From Myxococcota bacterium (GTDB lineage Bacteria; Myxococcota_A; Polyangia; Polyangiales; Houyiibacteriaceae), in contig JBCCEA010000016.1 in NCBI GenBank assembly GCA_039030515.1, forward strand, positions 23,049 through 87,048: DNA of 64,000 nt, read 5' to 3'. This document shows positions 26,091 through 35,249 of the stretch, one piece after another; the first letter of the stretch is position 1; every line of letters starts with the position of its first letter. A model generated the notes under the pieces. That model searched no databases, was not told the origin of the DNA, and was given only the letters and a program-made list of their open reading frames with translations. Both the position numbers and the translations under genes were made by a program.

Positions 26091-26777
26091 TTACTCCTCA
26101 CTCGTCACTTCTGCAGGACGCGTTTGGGACGTGAATTCGTCACTATCGCTTAAGGTACGTCTTTGACCGGAATGAAGCGCGATCGACGGGGAGACTTGCT
26201 GGTCCTGCCCCTTCAGTCGGTTCGACCAGTCCACTCGTCCAAAGGGCTGACCTTCCTCGATCCCGAACGGGGGCAGCTTATGGATGTCTTCAGCATTTCG
26301 GTAGGGCACTAGGGGCTGAGCTCGATCGATAGGATAGTCTTTTCTCAACGGATGCCCCTCAAACTCATCGTACATGAGAATACGTCGAAGATCGGGGTGA
26401 CCCTCAAAACGGATTCCGAACATGTCGAACACCTCGCGCTCTGCCCAGTCAGCGCCTGCCCACACCGTAGAAAGCGTAGGAGCGATTTCGTCTTCCTCGA
26501 GCTCCGTCCAGAGCAGAATCCGCTGCTTGCTCTTCGTTGAGCGAACGATGAGTACCAAGTCGAACCGAGCAGCGTCGATCGATCGCTCGGGATAATCCAC
26601 CGCCGTAAGGTCGATAAAATGGTCAAACGCCAAGACGTCGTCGTCGCGGAGAAAATTAGCGACCTTGTGCCAGGAAGCCGGAGAAACCTGAGCGCGTGCG
26701 TCGCCTCGGAACACCTCAGTTTTGATTACTTCAGCTTCGCAAACCTGTTCAAGGCGCTTCAAACTAGCTTCGGTCAT
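26091..26777 (-). CDS. nuoC: NADH-quinone oxidoreductase subunit C
   Basis: 228 aa. WAEREVFDMFGIRFEGHPDLRRIL and HPLRKDYP are NuoC/30-kDa signatures. The stop lies 2 nt before the nuoD start. Confidence 0.9.
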   Translation of the reverse strand: MTEASLKRLEQVCEAEVIKTEVFRGDARAQVSPASWHKVANFLRDDDVLAFDHFIDLTAVDYPERSIDAARFDLVLIVRSTKSKQRILLWTELEEDEIAPTLSTVWAGADWAEREVFDMFGIRFEGHPDLRRILMYDEFEGHPLRKDYPIDRAQPLVPYRNAEDIHKLPPFGIEEGQPFGRVDWSNRLKGQDQQVSPSIALHSGQRRTLSDSDEFTSQTRPAEVTSEE

Positions 26778-26839
26778 TGAATTTCGTATGCTCCGGCCTG
26801 AGACTTCGGTCTCGGCTTGGGTTGCGGTCTCGGCTTAGT

Positions 26840-27580
26840 TTACGAGGCGCTGGATACGGTCTCGGTTGAAGATTCAGCAGCCTCGGGCTGCGCGTTCACC
26901 CCAGCTCGAATGACTGTGCCTTCTGGGTACACTGCTGTTCTACCCTCCTCGCGGCGCACTTTTGGCCGGATCTGTGCGAGCTTAGGCACCTCTCGAGGCG
27001 GAACGACGATGGGTTCTGAAGACCCTGCCTGAATTTTTTCCTGCAGCAGCATGAGCGCATCGAGGACAGCTTCCGGTCGCGGAGGACAGCCTGGAATGTA
27101 CACGTCTACCGGAATGATCTTGTCGACGCCGGGTATGGTGGTGTAGTTGTCGTAAAATCCCCCGCAAGCAGCGCAAGTTCCGAAAGATACGACCCACTTC
27201 GGCTCTGTCATCTGCTCGTAGATTCGCTTCAAAACCGGCCCTTGGCGTTGGCTGATCGTGCCCACAACCCAGAGTACATCCGCCTGGCGGGGGCTGAAGC
27301 GCGGTGCCTCCGCTCCGAAGCGAGCGATGTCGTTGCAGGGAGACGCGGTCTGCATGAACTCCATGCCACAGCAGGCAGTCGCGAAAGGATACTGAAATAA
27401 AGAGTATTTTCGCGCCCAAGCGATGAGCTCGTCGAACTTGGTCGTAAACGCGTTGCTCTCGCCCGATTTGAGGCGAATTGTCTGGCCCAGTCCCTCGGCG
27501 CTGACCGTGCCAACGTCATCCCCTTGCGTACCGCCATCGCCAAGGGACACATCGCGCTTGTCTGTAGTGTTCACTGCCAT
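26840..27580 (-). CDS. nuoB: NADH-quinone oxidoreductase subunit B (with N- and C-terminal extensions)
   Basis: FATACCGMEF, GTCAACGG and GCPPRPE are the N2-cluster motifs. About 45 extra N-terminal and about 70 extra C-terminal residues compared with a typical NuoB. Confidence 0.93.
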   Translation of the reverse strand: MAVNTTDKRDVSLGDGGTQGDDVGTVSAEGLGQTIRLKSGESNAFTTKFDELIAWARKYSLFQYPFATACCGMEFMQTASPCNDIARFGAEAPRFSPRQADVLWVVGTISQRQGPVLKRIYEQMTEPKWVVSFGTCAACGGFYDNYTTIPGVDKIIPVDVYIPGCPPRPEAVLDALMLLQEKIQAGSSEPIVVPPREVPKLAQIRPKVRREEGRTAVYPEGTVIRAGVNAQPEAAESSTETVSSAS

Positions 27581-27605
27581 CGTCGTATGCTCCAGCTCTG
27601 CGTGT

Positions 27606-27962
27606 TTACTCCCACTCGAGCGCCCCTTTCTTCCACTCGTAGACCAGGGTCACTCCCAGTATCGCAAGAAACGCTGTCATCGCGAGAAAGCCAACCCATC
27701 CCAGGTCGCGAAAGTTACCCGCCCACGGGTAAAGAAAGACCGCTTCTACATCGAAAACCACGAATAAGATTGCTGTCATGTAGAACTTGACACTGAGACG
27801 CAGGTGGTTGGCACCGGTGGTTTCTGAGCCCGATTCGTATGGGATCATCTTCTCTTCCGTCGGCTTTTTCGGTCCGAGCAGAGAAGTCAGCGAAAACATA
27901 CCCAAAGCGACGATTAGCGCGACCAGCAGGATAAGAAATACGGGCAGGTAGACCGGAGTCAT
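27606..27962 (-). CDS. nuoA: NADH-quinone oxidoreductase subunit A
   Basis: 118 aa with 3 TM segments. YESGSE...FYMTAILFVVFDVEAVFLYPWA is the NuoA/ND3 signature. GGGGGAG Shine-Dalgarno upstream. Confidence 0.9.
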   Translation of the reverse strand: MTPVYLPVFLILLVALIVALGMFSLTSLLGPKKPTEEKMIPYESGSETTGANHLRLSVKFYMTAILFVVFDVEAVFLYPWAGNFRDLGWVGFLAMTAFLAILGVTLVYEWKKGALEWE

Positions 27963-28042
27963 AATCGGGACGCTCCCCCAACCGAGTCGGGCGTTCTGAA
28001 CACCATATCAGAGGCCGATCGAAACGATCCTTGTCGCCGAGG

Positions 28043-28071
28043 TGTTTAGTATCGCGGTGATGCGCTGTCAA
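28043..28071 (-). promoter_or_regulatory. Candidate sigma70-type promoter for the nuo operon
   Basis: Minus strand reads TTGACA (28071-28066), 17 nt, TAAACA (28048-28043), about 80 nt upstream of the nuoA ATG. The -10 matches only 3/6. Purely a sequence match. Confidence 0.3.
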
Positions 28072-28264
28072 TATTGGGAAAAGTGTCGTTGAAGGGAAAA
28101 ACAGAAAAGAAGTCGGTTCACCCTTCAAGCGCGATTGGTTGCGGACGTTCTAAGCAACTACGACCGAGCGAACAATGCGCTCCGGACAACGGCAAACCAG
28201 TCGCGAGACTGGGACGCAAAGCCACGGGTCTCCAAGAGATAGCCGGGTTACCGAAGGAAGAAGC

Positions 28265-29245
28265 ATGAAATCAAAGCTTTACGCCCTGCTCATCGCCGGA
28301 GCATCGTTGAATTTAGGGATCGCTGCCAACCCGGCAGAGGCGTACACTGTAAAGCGTACCGAATCAGGCGACATCATCCGGTGGCATAGCGATCTCATAG
28401 TTATCAGCATCAGCGAGGAAGCCCGTGCAGAGTTCGGTACACTATTGGAACGCGCGGCAACGGAGGCCTCTTACGCCTGGGCGGGTCTGGATAACGTTCC
28501 GACGATCGAGATCCGTGATCGAGATCCCGGACCCTTGGGATATCACCCCGGCCGCTCACGAAACGGGATCTACGTCACCAGCGAGTGGCCCTTTGAAGAG
28601 ACGCGTCTTGCGGTAACTATTTCGACGTACGACCAAGGCACCGGCCGGCTTCTCGATACCGACATCCTCATCAACGGAGCGCTGGCCTTTACAGACGCGG
28701 CCGCACAGAACCCGACCCAGTCCACACTCGTCGCCGACGTGCAGGGAGATCAGCCGCTCCAGGCGAATGCCCACGACTTAGAAGCGGTCTTGACCCATGA
28801 AATGGGCCACGTGCTCGGCCTCGGGGAGGACGACGCGTCACCCACCTCGACGATGTATCCCCGAATCGCGCCAGGAGAGGTCCACCAACGGACCATTGAA
28901 GAGAGGGATATCCTCGGTGCCACCGAAGCCTACGCCACCATGGTTCCAGATGATGCCGCCACGGGCTGCAGCGGTGCACACGTAGCCCACTCGCGTCCAG
29001 CCCCAAACTCACTTCTGTGGCTGGGCGCAGCATCGCTTTGGATCTTCGTGCGTATGCGCCGGTGGCTCCCCGTTGCCGTGGGCATCACCTTCGTGCTGTT
29101 GCCTCAGGTGATGGGCGGCGTCGAAAGTCCAGGCGGAAACCAGATTCGAAACCCCAGCGTGGTCACCATGAGTTCTGGGCACGATCACGTAGCGCACGAT
29201 CACTTTGAGGAACATCTGCAACTTCACGGCGTGAAATTGCACTAG
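28265..29245 (+). CDS. Secreted metzincin-like zinc metalloprotease with MYXO-CTERM-like segment
   Basis: Trimmed to ATG 28265 (signal peptide MKSKLYALLIAGASLNLGIAANPAEA). Zinc motif HEMGHVLGLGED plus Met-turn STMYP. Near the C-terminus: GCSG...LLWLGAASLWIFVRMRR. Confidence 0.75.
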   Translation: MKSKLYALLIAGASLNLGIAANPAEAYTVKRTESGDIIRWHSDLIVISISEEARAEFGTLLERAATEASYAWAGLDNVPTIEIRDRDPGPLGYHPGRSRNGIYVTSEWPFEETRLAVTISTYDQGTGRLLDTDILINGALAFTDAAAQNPTQSTLVADVQGDQPLQANAHDLEAVLTHEMGHVLGLGEDDASPTSTMYPRIAPGEVHQRTIEERDILGATEAYATMVPDDAATGCSGAHVAHSRPAPNSLLWLGAASLWIFVRMRRWLPVAVGITFVLLPQVMGGVESPGGNQIRNPSVVTMSSGHDHVAHDHFEEHLQLHGVKLH

Positions 29246-29501
29246 CGTGGCGCCTTCCGCACGAGATAAGTCACGCAGCGACACTGGCAAAAGACAATGC
29301 AAGCCGAATCGTAGCGCAAACTAGAGTTTTGGCCTAGGCTCCCGCGAGCTTCGGGCTTGAGTCGCCGACTCGCCGCCCAAACTTCGCCTGCCACAACGAC
29401 GTTGTGGTGTAGCGAATATAGTTCCGCCTAGAATTCCAGGTTAGTTGCTCCAGCCAAACCAACTGCAACCTAGCGCGCCAAAAACGAAAAAAGGAAACCC
29501 A

Positions 29502-31445
29502 ATGCGACGGTTGCTCATCAGCACCCTGCTGTGGATGGCCACCAACGGGGCGATGGCCCAGGAGGCCGAACTCACGCCAAAAGAGTCCTCACTATTCAAT
29601 TCAGTCGACGACGTGCTGGCTGATTACGTGGTGCATCCCATCGGGTCTATATTTTTCGCAGATCTTTGGTTCTGGGACAACGGACCGAACGCGTTGCGAT
29701 CTCGATGCATGGCGTCTGACCTGCCCTTGTCGGGTGGTCTATCCACTTCGGATTGCGACCAGATGGCCGATTGGACCCGTAGTCCTCTCGATGCCTGTAA
29801 AGCCTCTGGGATTTCAGCCCAGACGTGCACGAAGGTGGTCGAAACCAAGGCGACATCGGCGGTCGCCTACTGCGTTGCCGCAGACCGCAGTCCGACTCTC
29901 TGCGACAAACTCGGTGCTTCACTGAGCACAGCCGGCACAGAGCGCTCCGAGGGCCAAGGTTCCGAACAACTCTGCGCCGAAGTGTTTTCCCAAGCGGAAT
30001 GTGCCGCAGTGTTCGAAGCAGAAAGCGACGCCGCCGCCTTTTGTTTGGGCTCCGGCGCAGCTGCAGAGACCTGCCGGGACGTTTCTACTGGGGTTTCGTT
30101 ACCGCTCATCGTCGCATGGCTCGTGCTCGGAGCGGTGTTCTTCACCTTTCGCTTCCAGTTCATCAGCATTCGAGGCTTCGCTCATGCGATCGCGATCACT
30201 CGAGGCGCCTACCACGACCCCGACGAGGAAGGCGAAGTCAGTCACTTTCAAGCCCTGAGCTCCGCTCTTTCCGCCACCGTGGGTCTCGGCAACATCGCAG
30301 GCGTCGCGGTCGCTGTCGGAGCTGGTGGACCCGGTGCGGTCTTTTGGATGGTCGTAGCCGGGTTTTTCGGCATGAGCAGTAAATTTGCTGAATGTACTCT
30401 GGGTCAGATGTATCGGAGGGTGGACGCCAAGGGAACGATTTCTGGCGGGCCGATGCGCTACTTAGAGAACGGGCTCGCCGATTTAGGCCTCCCTCGCCTT
30501 GGACGTGCACTTGCGATCCTATTTTCCGTGATGTGCGTGGGCGCCAGTTTCGGTGGCGGAAATATGTTTCAGGCGAACCAGAGCTGGGCACAACTGGCAA
30601 AGGTTACGGGCTGGGAGGACAGCTCGATGGCACCTTTGATATTCGGCTTGGTGCTTGCGACCTTGGTAGGCACCGTGATCATCGGAGGTATCAAGAGGAT
30701 CGGGCAGGTCGCGGGCATCGTGGTACCGGCCATGTGCGTCCTCTACTTGCTGGCAGGCTTCTTCATCTTGATCACCCACAGCAGCGAAGTTCCCGCCGCA
30801 TTCGGTAAGATCATCGGCGAAGCGTTCACTCCACAAGCCGGCTTTGGAGGCATGCTCGGCGTTTTGGTTCAGGGGTTTCGACGCGCCGCGTTTTCTAACG
30901 AGGCAGGTGTCGGCTCTGCATCGATCGCGCATTCTGCGGCCGCAACCAGCGAACCCGTCCGCGAAGGCATCGTGGCCCTGCTCGAGCCCTTTATCGATAC
31001 GATCATCGTATGCACGACTACCGGACTCGTGATCGTCATCACCGGCGCCTATCTTGAGCCAAGCGATGGGGTGGTGATGACCTCCAACGCGTTCGGATCC
31101 GTCATCGATTGGTTCCCTTACGTATTGACCTTTGCTGTACTTATGTTCGCCTTCTCCACCATGATCTCTTGGAGCTACTATGGTGAACGCTGTTGGGCCT
31201 ACCTGTTCGGAATGAGTGGCTCCCTTGTGTACAAGGGTCTCTTTCTGGTCTGCGTTGTACTCGGGTCGATATTGGAACTCGGCAGCGTTGTGGATTTCTC
31301 GGACCTGATGGTTTTGGGTATGTCGTTTCCAAATATCCTGGGGGCGGTATTGCTCTCCGGGATGCTCAAAAAGAAACTCGACAGCTACTGGAGACGCTAC
31401 CGAAGCGGTGAAATGAAACCGCACAGCCCCGAGAGCTCATCCTGA
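29502..31445 (+). CDS. Sodium:alanine (AGCS family) symporter with N-terminal signal peptide and Cys-rich insertion
   Basis: Trimmed to ATG 29502 (AAGGA 7 nt upstream). AGCS-type core: FRFQFISIRGFAHAIAITRG, SALSATVGLGNIAGVAVAV, FSNEAGVGSASIAHSAA, ISWSYYGE. Confidence 0.9.
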   Translation: MRRLLISTLLWMATNGAMAQEAELTPKESSLFNSVDDVLADYVVHPIGSIFFADLWFWDNGPNALRSRCMASDLPLSGGLSTSDCDQMADWTRSPLDACKASGISAQTCTKVVETKATSAVAYCVAADRSPTLCDKLGASLSTAGTERSEGQGSEQLCAEVFSQAECAAVFEAESDAAAFCLGSGAAAETCRDVSTGVSLPLIVAWLVLGAVFFTFRFQFISIRGFAHAIAITRGAYHDPDEEGEVSHFQALSSALSATVGLGNIAGVAVAVGAGGPGAVFWMVVAGFFGMSSKFAECTLGQMYRRVDAKGTISGGPMRYLENGLADLGLPRLGRALAILFSVMCVGASFGGGNMFQANQSWAQLAKVTGWEDSSMAPLIFGLVLATLVGTVIIGGIKRIGQVAGIVVPAMCVLYLLAGFFILITHSSEVPAAFGKIIGEAFTPQAGFGGMLGVLVQGFRRAAFSNEAGVGSASIAHSAAATSEPVREGIVALLEPFIDTIIVCTTTGLVIVITGAYLEPSDGVVMTSNAFGSVIDWFPYVLTFAVLMFAFSTMISWSYYGERCWAYLFGMSGSLVYKGLFLVCVVLGSILELGSVVDFSDLMVLGMSFPNILGAVLLSGMLKKKLDSYWRRYRSGEMKPHSPESSS

Positions 31446-31529
31446 AACGCACAAATTCGCTAGGTTCTCGGGACTTACGCTAGAGCAACCTCTACCTCCC
31501 GAGATGCGTGTCCTGTTCTGTATTCGCAC

Positions 31530-32819
31530 TCATCCAGACATTGCATACTGTATGTCAGAACATTCCTTAGGAATGTCCGCGGTGAGGTTCTCGTTTCCGT
31601 CATCGAGTACGAGGATATCGTCCTCGATTCGAACACCAACTCCGCGAAAACGCGCATCGCTCTGCTCTGAATCACTGACGTACAAACCTGGCTCGACAGT
31701 AATCACCATACCGGGCTCGAGCGTTCGTTCCGCGCCGCTTCGATGGTACGCTCCGACGTCATGCACGTCCATCCCCAGCCAATGACTGGTTCGGTGCATA
31801 TAGAATTGCTTGTAGCGCTCCGATTCGATCGCATCGTCGACCGAACCCTCTAGTAGCTTAAGATCGATGAGACCTTCGGTCAGTCGACGCACTGCAACTT
31901 CGTGAACCTCACCAAGGGTCGCTCCAGGCACCGCTGCCTCCACTGCCGCCTTCTGAGCCTCAAGAACCACCTCATAGATGGCCTTTTGAGGACCGGAAAA
32001 TCGACCGGAAGCTGGAAATGTGCGGGTGACATCGCTCGCGTAATACTGGTATTCGCAACCCGCATCTATGAGCACGAGGTCGTCCTCATCCAGCCGGCAA
32101 TTGTTGCGTCTATAGTGCAAGACTGTAGCGTTGGCACCTGCACCAACGATGCAGTCGTAGGCCACCCGTTCACATCCGTTCGCGCGAAACACTTGAAGCA
32201 TGGCGGCTTCTAGTTCGTACTCGTACGCACCCGGCCGGGCGATCTTCATCGCTGCAAGATGCGCAAGTCCAGTGATGCGAGCTGCTTGCCTCATCGTTTG
32301 AACTTCAGACGGATCCTTGATCAGCCTCATCTCTGCCACAATTGCCGAGAGATCGCGCAGGTATGCCGGCGCCAAACTGCCTTGACGACCGCGACGTCTC
32401 AGACTTGAAAGAGTGCGAATCACGAGTGAATCTAGGTCCGAGTCAACGCCGATGGGGAAGCACACTGACTCACGACCTTCACACAGCGCCGGCAACCTGC
32501 GCTCCAATTCACCGATAGGAAACGCCTTATCCACCCCGAGACGGTCGATGGCACCGTCGACACCCAGTCGAGATCCGTCCCACTGCTCACGTAGGGGATC
32601 TCGCTCACGCAAAAACAGCGTGCTCTGACCTACGCCTGCGCTCACCTCGAGAACCAACAAAGCTTCCGGCTCGTCAAAACCGGTCAGATAGTAGAAATCG
32701 CTACATTGCCGAAAGGGAAACTCGACGTCGTTGTTTCGAAGATGCGTTTTGGCCGACGGGACCAAGACCACCCCCGTGCCGACCAACTTGGCCAATGCTT
32801 CACGCCGCTGCTCGTACAT
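31530..32819 (-). CDS. pepP: Xaa-Pro aminopeptidase (M24B)
   Basis: N-terminal AMP_N-like FRQCSDFYYLTGF. Metal ligands in DAGCEYQYYASDVTRT, HRTSHWLGMDVHD, VEPG and RIEDD. Confidence 0.92.
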   Translation of the reverse strand: MYEQRREALAKLVGTGVVLVPSAKTHLRNNDVEFPFRQCSDFYYLTGFDEPEALLVLEVSAGVGQSTLFLRERDPLREQWDGSRLGVDGAIDRLGVDKAFPIGELERRLPALCEGRESVCFPIGVDSDLDSLVIRTLSSLRRRGRQGSLAPAYLRDLSAIVAEMRLIKDPSEVQTMRQAARITGLAHLAAMKIARPGAYEYELEAAMLQVFRANGCERVAYDCIVGAGANATVLHYRRNNCRLDEDDLVLIDAGCEYQYYASDVTRTFPASGRFSGPQKAIYEVVLEAQKAAVEAAVPGATLGEVHEVAVRRLTEGLIDLKLLEGSVDDAIESERYKQFYMHRTSHWLGMDVHDVGAYHRSGAERTLEPGMVITVEPGLYVSDSEQSDARFRGVGVRIEDDILVLDDGNENLTADIPKECSDIQYAMSG

Positions 32820-32918
32820 TTCGATCTTCTTGGTACGAAGAGCCTCGCCTCGTCAAGGCTTGCGAATCTCGAAGATAGACGCAGCTCACCCAAAGGCAGC
32901 TCAGGGGTCGAACAGCGC

Positions 32919-34283
32919 TCACGGATCGAACAGCTCTCCAAGCCGATGTGAAACCCCATAGTCGTTCAGCCCTAATTCGGTCTGTACCTGTTCATGCGTG
33001 AGCGAGCTGCCCCGTTGACTCAGTGCGTAAAGCGCCTCCACCGAGCGCGGATTGCGAAACCAGTCCTCGTTGTAGCGTTCGCGCAGGGCGCCGTGCAGAG
33101 CGAGTCCACACTGCAAATCTCTCATGCGTTCGTAGGACGCTTCGCCGCTGAGCAGGATCAGCTGGCTGAGGGCTTCTGGAACCTCTACTGCAAAAAGTCG
33201 CTGGACCAGTGCCACTACAAGACTCGAGCGCTCTCGCCCCTCGGTTGAAGCCACCCAAAGGCGTGCCGCCTCCCATCGAAGGCGCATGCAAAACCAAAGC
33301 ACAAGCCTACGCGCGATCGACTCGGCCTGATTCCTGCTCAAGGAGTATACACGCCTTAGGAACTCCCGATCGGCAAGGAGCTGCCCCCACAAGACTCCCA
33401 CGCTGCGATAAAGACCGGAATCTAAGGGAAATCGTTCGAAGACCGGCAAGGACGGCGCGCGAAGCAGCAAACTGAATGCACTGCCAAACACCTCAAATTC
33501 CATACACTCAGCGAGCACTCCTCCGAACTGAGGCACCACCAGTCGAATGTCCCCCGGAGGACGCAAAGCGATCACCGAATAACTCGGCAGCTTCATGGCC
33601 ACTCGATCTCCTCGCAGCGATGCCAGTCGCGAATTCAAACCTAGAGGGGCAACCGCCTCGGCGAATCGTCGAAAGCGCGTGTCCGCGCGAAAAAGAGAGG
33701 CTTCGGCATCTGAGGCAAGCGCTTCGACTACATGAGACCACGACCGCCCTTTGAAATGAACATCTGAGAGCGCTCGCGCCAACTCCTCGGTCGAATCGAG
33801 GATTTCAGCGGCCTCCTGCTGCTTCGACGCGACGGAGTCATCGACTTCGAGAGCTCGATCCACAAACGGAGCCACCCAGTCTTCAGCGCACCGTTCGAGC
33901 GCCTGGGCAATTCGATGACGACGCCGATCCTCTTGCAGGCGGCCAAGCTCAGAAGCGAGCTCGTACACGGGCACAGGCCTTGAGTCCACGTCGAGATTCG
34001 AGTGCAGGAACGCCTGCAGAGGGTGCTCGCGAGTCGATGAGCGCGCTTTGATTCGGAGAAGATGGCGTCGAAGAAGATCATGATGAGCGGAGTTCAATCT
34101 ACCCGCCTCGTGCAACTCAAAACGGAGATCCGAAGCTTCACGGCTCAGCAACCAAGGCACACCTTCCGCCAGCTCTGGACTCGGAGTGGTCTCGAACTTC
34201 ATCGCCTGCATCCACCGCAAGCGACCCTCAGCTTCGAATGCAGAGGTGACTTTTTCGATAAACTTCGCTTCGGAAGACACCAT
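32919..34283 (-). CDS. Hypothetical protein (454 aa)
   Basis: Long ORF with coding-like composition, co-oriented and 99 nt upstream of pepP. Helical, with no signal peptide or TM segment. No motif recognised with confidence. Confidence 0.55.
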   Translation of the reverse strand: MVSSEAKFIEKVTSAFEAEGRLRWMQAMKFETTPSPELAEGVPWLLSREASDLRFELHEAGRLNSAHHDLLRRHLLRIKARSSTREHPLQAFLHSNLDVDSRPVPVYELASELGRLQEDRRRHRIAQALERCAEDWVAPFVDRALEVDDSVASKQQEAAEILDSTEELARALSDVHFKGRSWSHVVEALASDAEASLFRADTRFRRFAEAVAPLGLNSRLASLRGDRVAMKLPSYSVIALRPPGDIRLVVPQFGGVLAECMEFEVFGSAFSLLLRAPSLPVFERFPLDSGLYRSVGVLWGQLLADREFLRRVYSLSRNQAESIARRLVLWFCMRLRWEAARLWVASTEGRERSSLVVALVQRLFAVEVPEALSQLILLSGEASYERMRDLQCGLALHGALRERYNEDWFRNPRSVEALYALSQRGSSLTHEQVQTELGLNDYGVSHRLGELFDP

Positions 34284-34366
34284 CGCGGGCGTCTAACACA
34301 AGGGGGCCTTTGAGCAATACAGACCGCTGCCAAGCGTGCGTCCGAAGAATCTGCTAGTTCCTGCCG

Positions 34367-35236
34367 ATGACGAGCGCTTCAAACAAACTATCTAAAAACA
34401 TTGCATTTATAGGCGCTGGGGCGATGGCGGAAGCGATCATCAAAGGGCTGCTCGCCTCAGGTGCGTGCAGCGCCCGAGAGCTTATCGCAGCCGACATGCG
34501 AGCGGAGCGCCTTCACGAAATTAGAGAAACCTACGGCATCGAGGTCGACGCGGACAACGCGCAGGCAGCCTCTAAAGCTGACGTCGTCGTTCTCTCGATC
34601 AAGCCACAGGCTTTTGGCAAGGCACTGCCGTCGCTGACCTCAGCCATCGACCCTAGCAAGCTATTGGTGTCGATCGCGGCGGGCATCCCGGTCCGGGTCA
34701 TCGAGCATCTCTGCCCCACCGGCACTCGAGTGGTGCGCACCATGCCCAACACTCCGGTAATCGTCGATGCCGGCTGCACGGGAATCGCAGCGGGCACCCA
34801 CGCGACACCTGAGGACGTCGCACTGACGCAGCGCATCTTCGAACAGATCGGACTGACGGTAACGCTTGATGAGGCCCTGCTCGACGCGGTTACCGGGCTG
34901 AGCGGTTCCGGTCCGGCCTACATCTTTCTCATCATCGAGGCGCTGGCGGACGCGGGAGTCAAGGTCGGTCTACACCGTCAGGCCGCACAGAAACTCGCGG
35001 CACAAACGGTACTCGGGTCGGCCCAACTGCTGATCGAAACCGGGGCGCACCCGGGTCTACTCAAGGACAAGGTCACAAGTCCGGGTGGCACAGCGATCGC
35101 AGGACTGCACACGCTAGAGGCGGGAGGTCTGCGGACGACCCTGATCGATGCCGTGGAAGCCGCAACAAGTCGAGCGCGTGAGCTGGGTGAGGAGCTATCC
35201 GCAAAGCTGACTGCAGGCTCAAATCGAACCCAGTAG
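34367..35236 (+). CDS. proC: Pyrroline-5-carboxylate reductase
   Basis: NAD(P) fold IAFIGAGAMAEAI. VRTMPNTP, SGSGPAY and VTSPGGTA are ProC signatures. Confidence 0.93.
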   Translation: MTSASNKLSKNIAFIGAGAMAEAIIKGLLASGACSARELIAADMRAERLHEIRETYGIEVDADNAQAASKADVVVLSIKPQAFGKALPSLTSAIDPSKLLVSIAAGIPVRVIEHLCPTGTRVVRTMPNTPVIVDAGCTGIAAGTHATPEDVALTQRIFEQIGLTVTLDEALLDAVTGLSGSGPAYIFLIIEALADAGVKVGLHRQAAQKLAAQTVLGSAQLLIETGAHPGLLKDKVTSPGGTAIAGLHTLEAGGLRTTLIDAVEAATSRARELGEELSAKLTAGSNRTQ

Positions 35237-35249
35237 CTCTCGGGTGGAT

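Noticed and set aside
29246-29501. Possible glycine riboswitch in the 256-nt leader of the Na:alanine/glycine symporter
   Set aside because: There are no GGAGAG or ACCGAAGG-type conserved cores. Only a small hairpin is present (CCACAAC-gac-GTTGTGG). An RF00504 scan would confirm.
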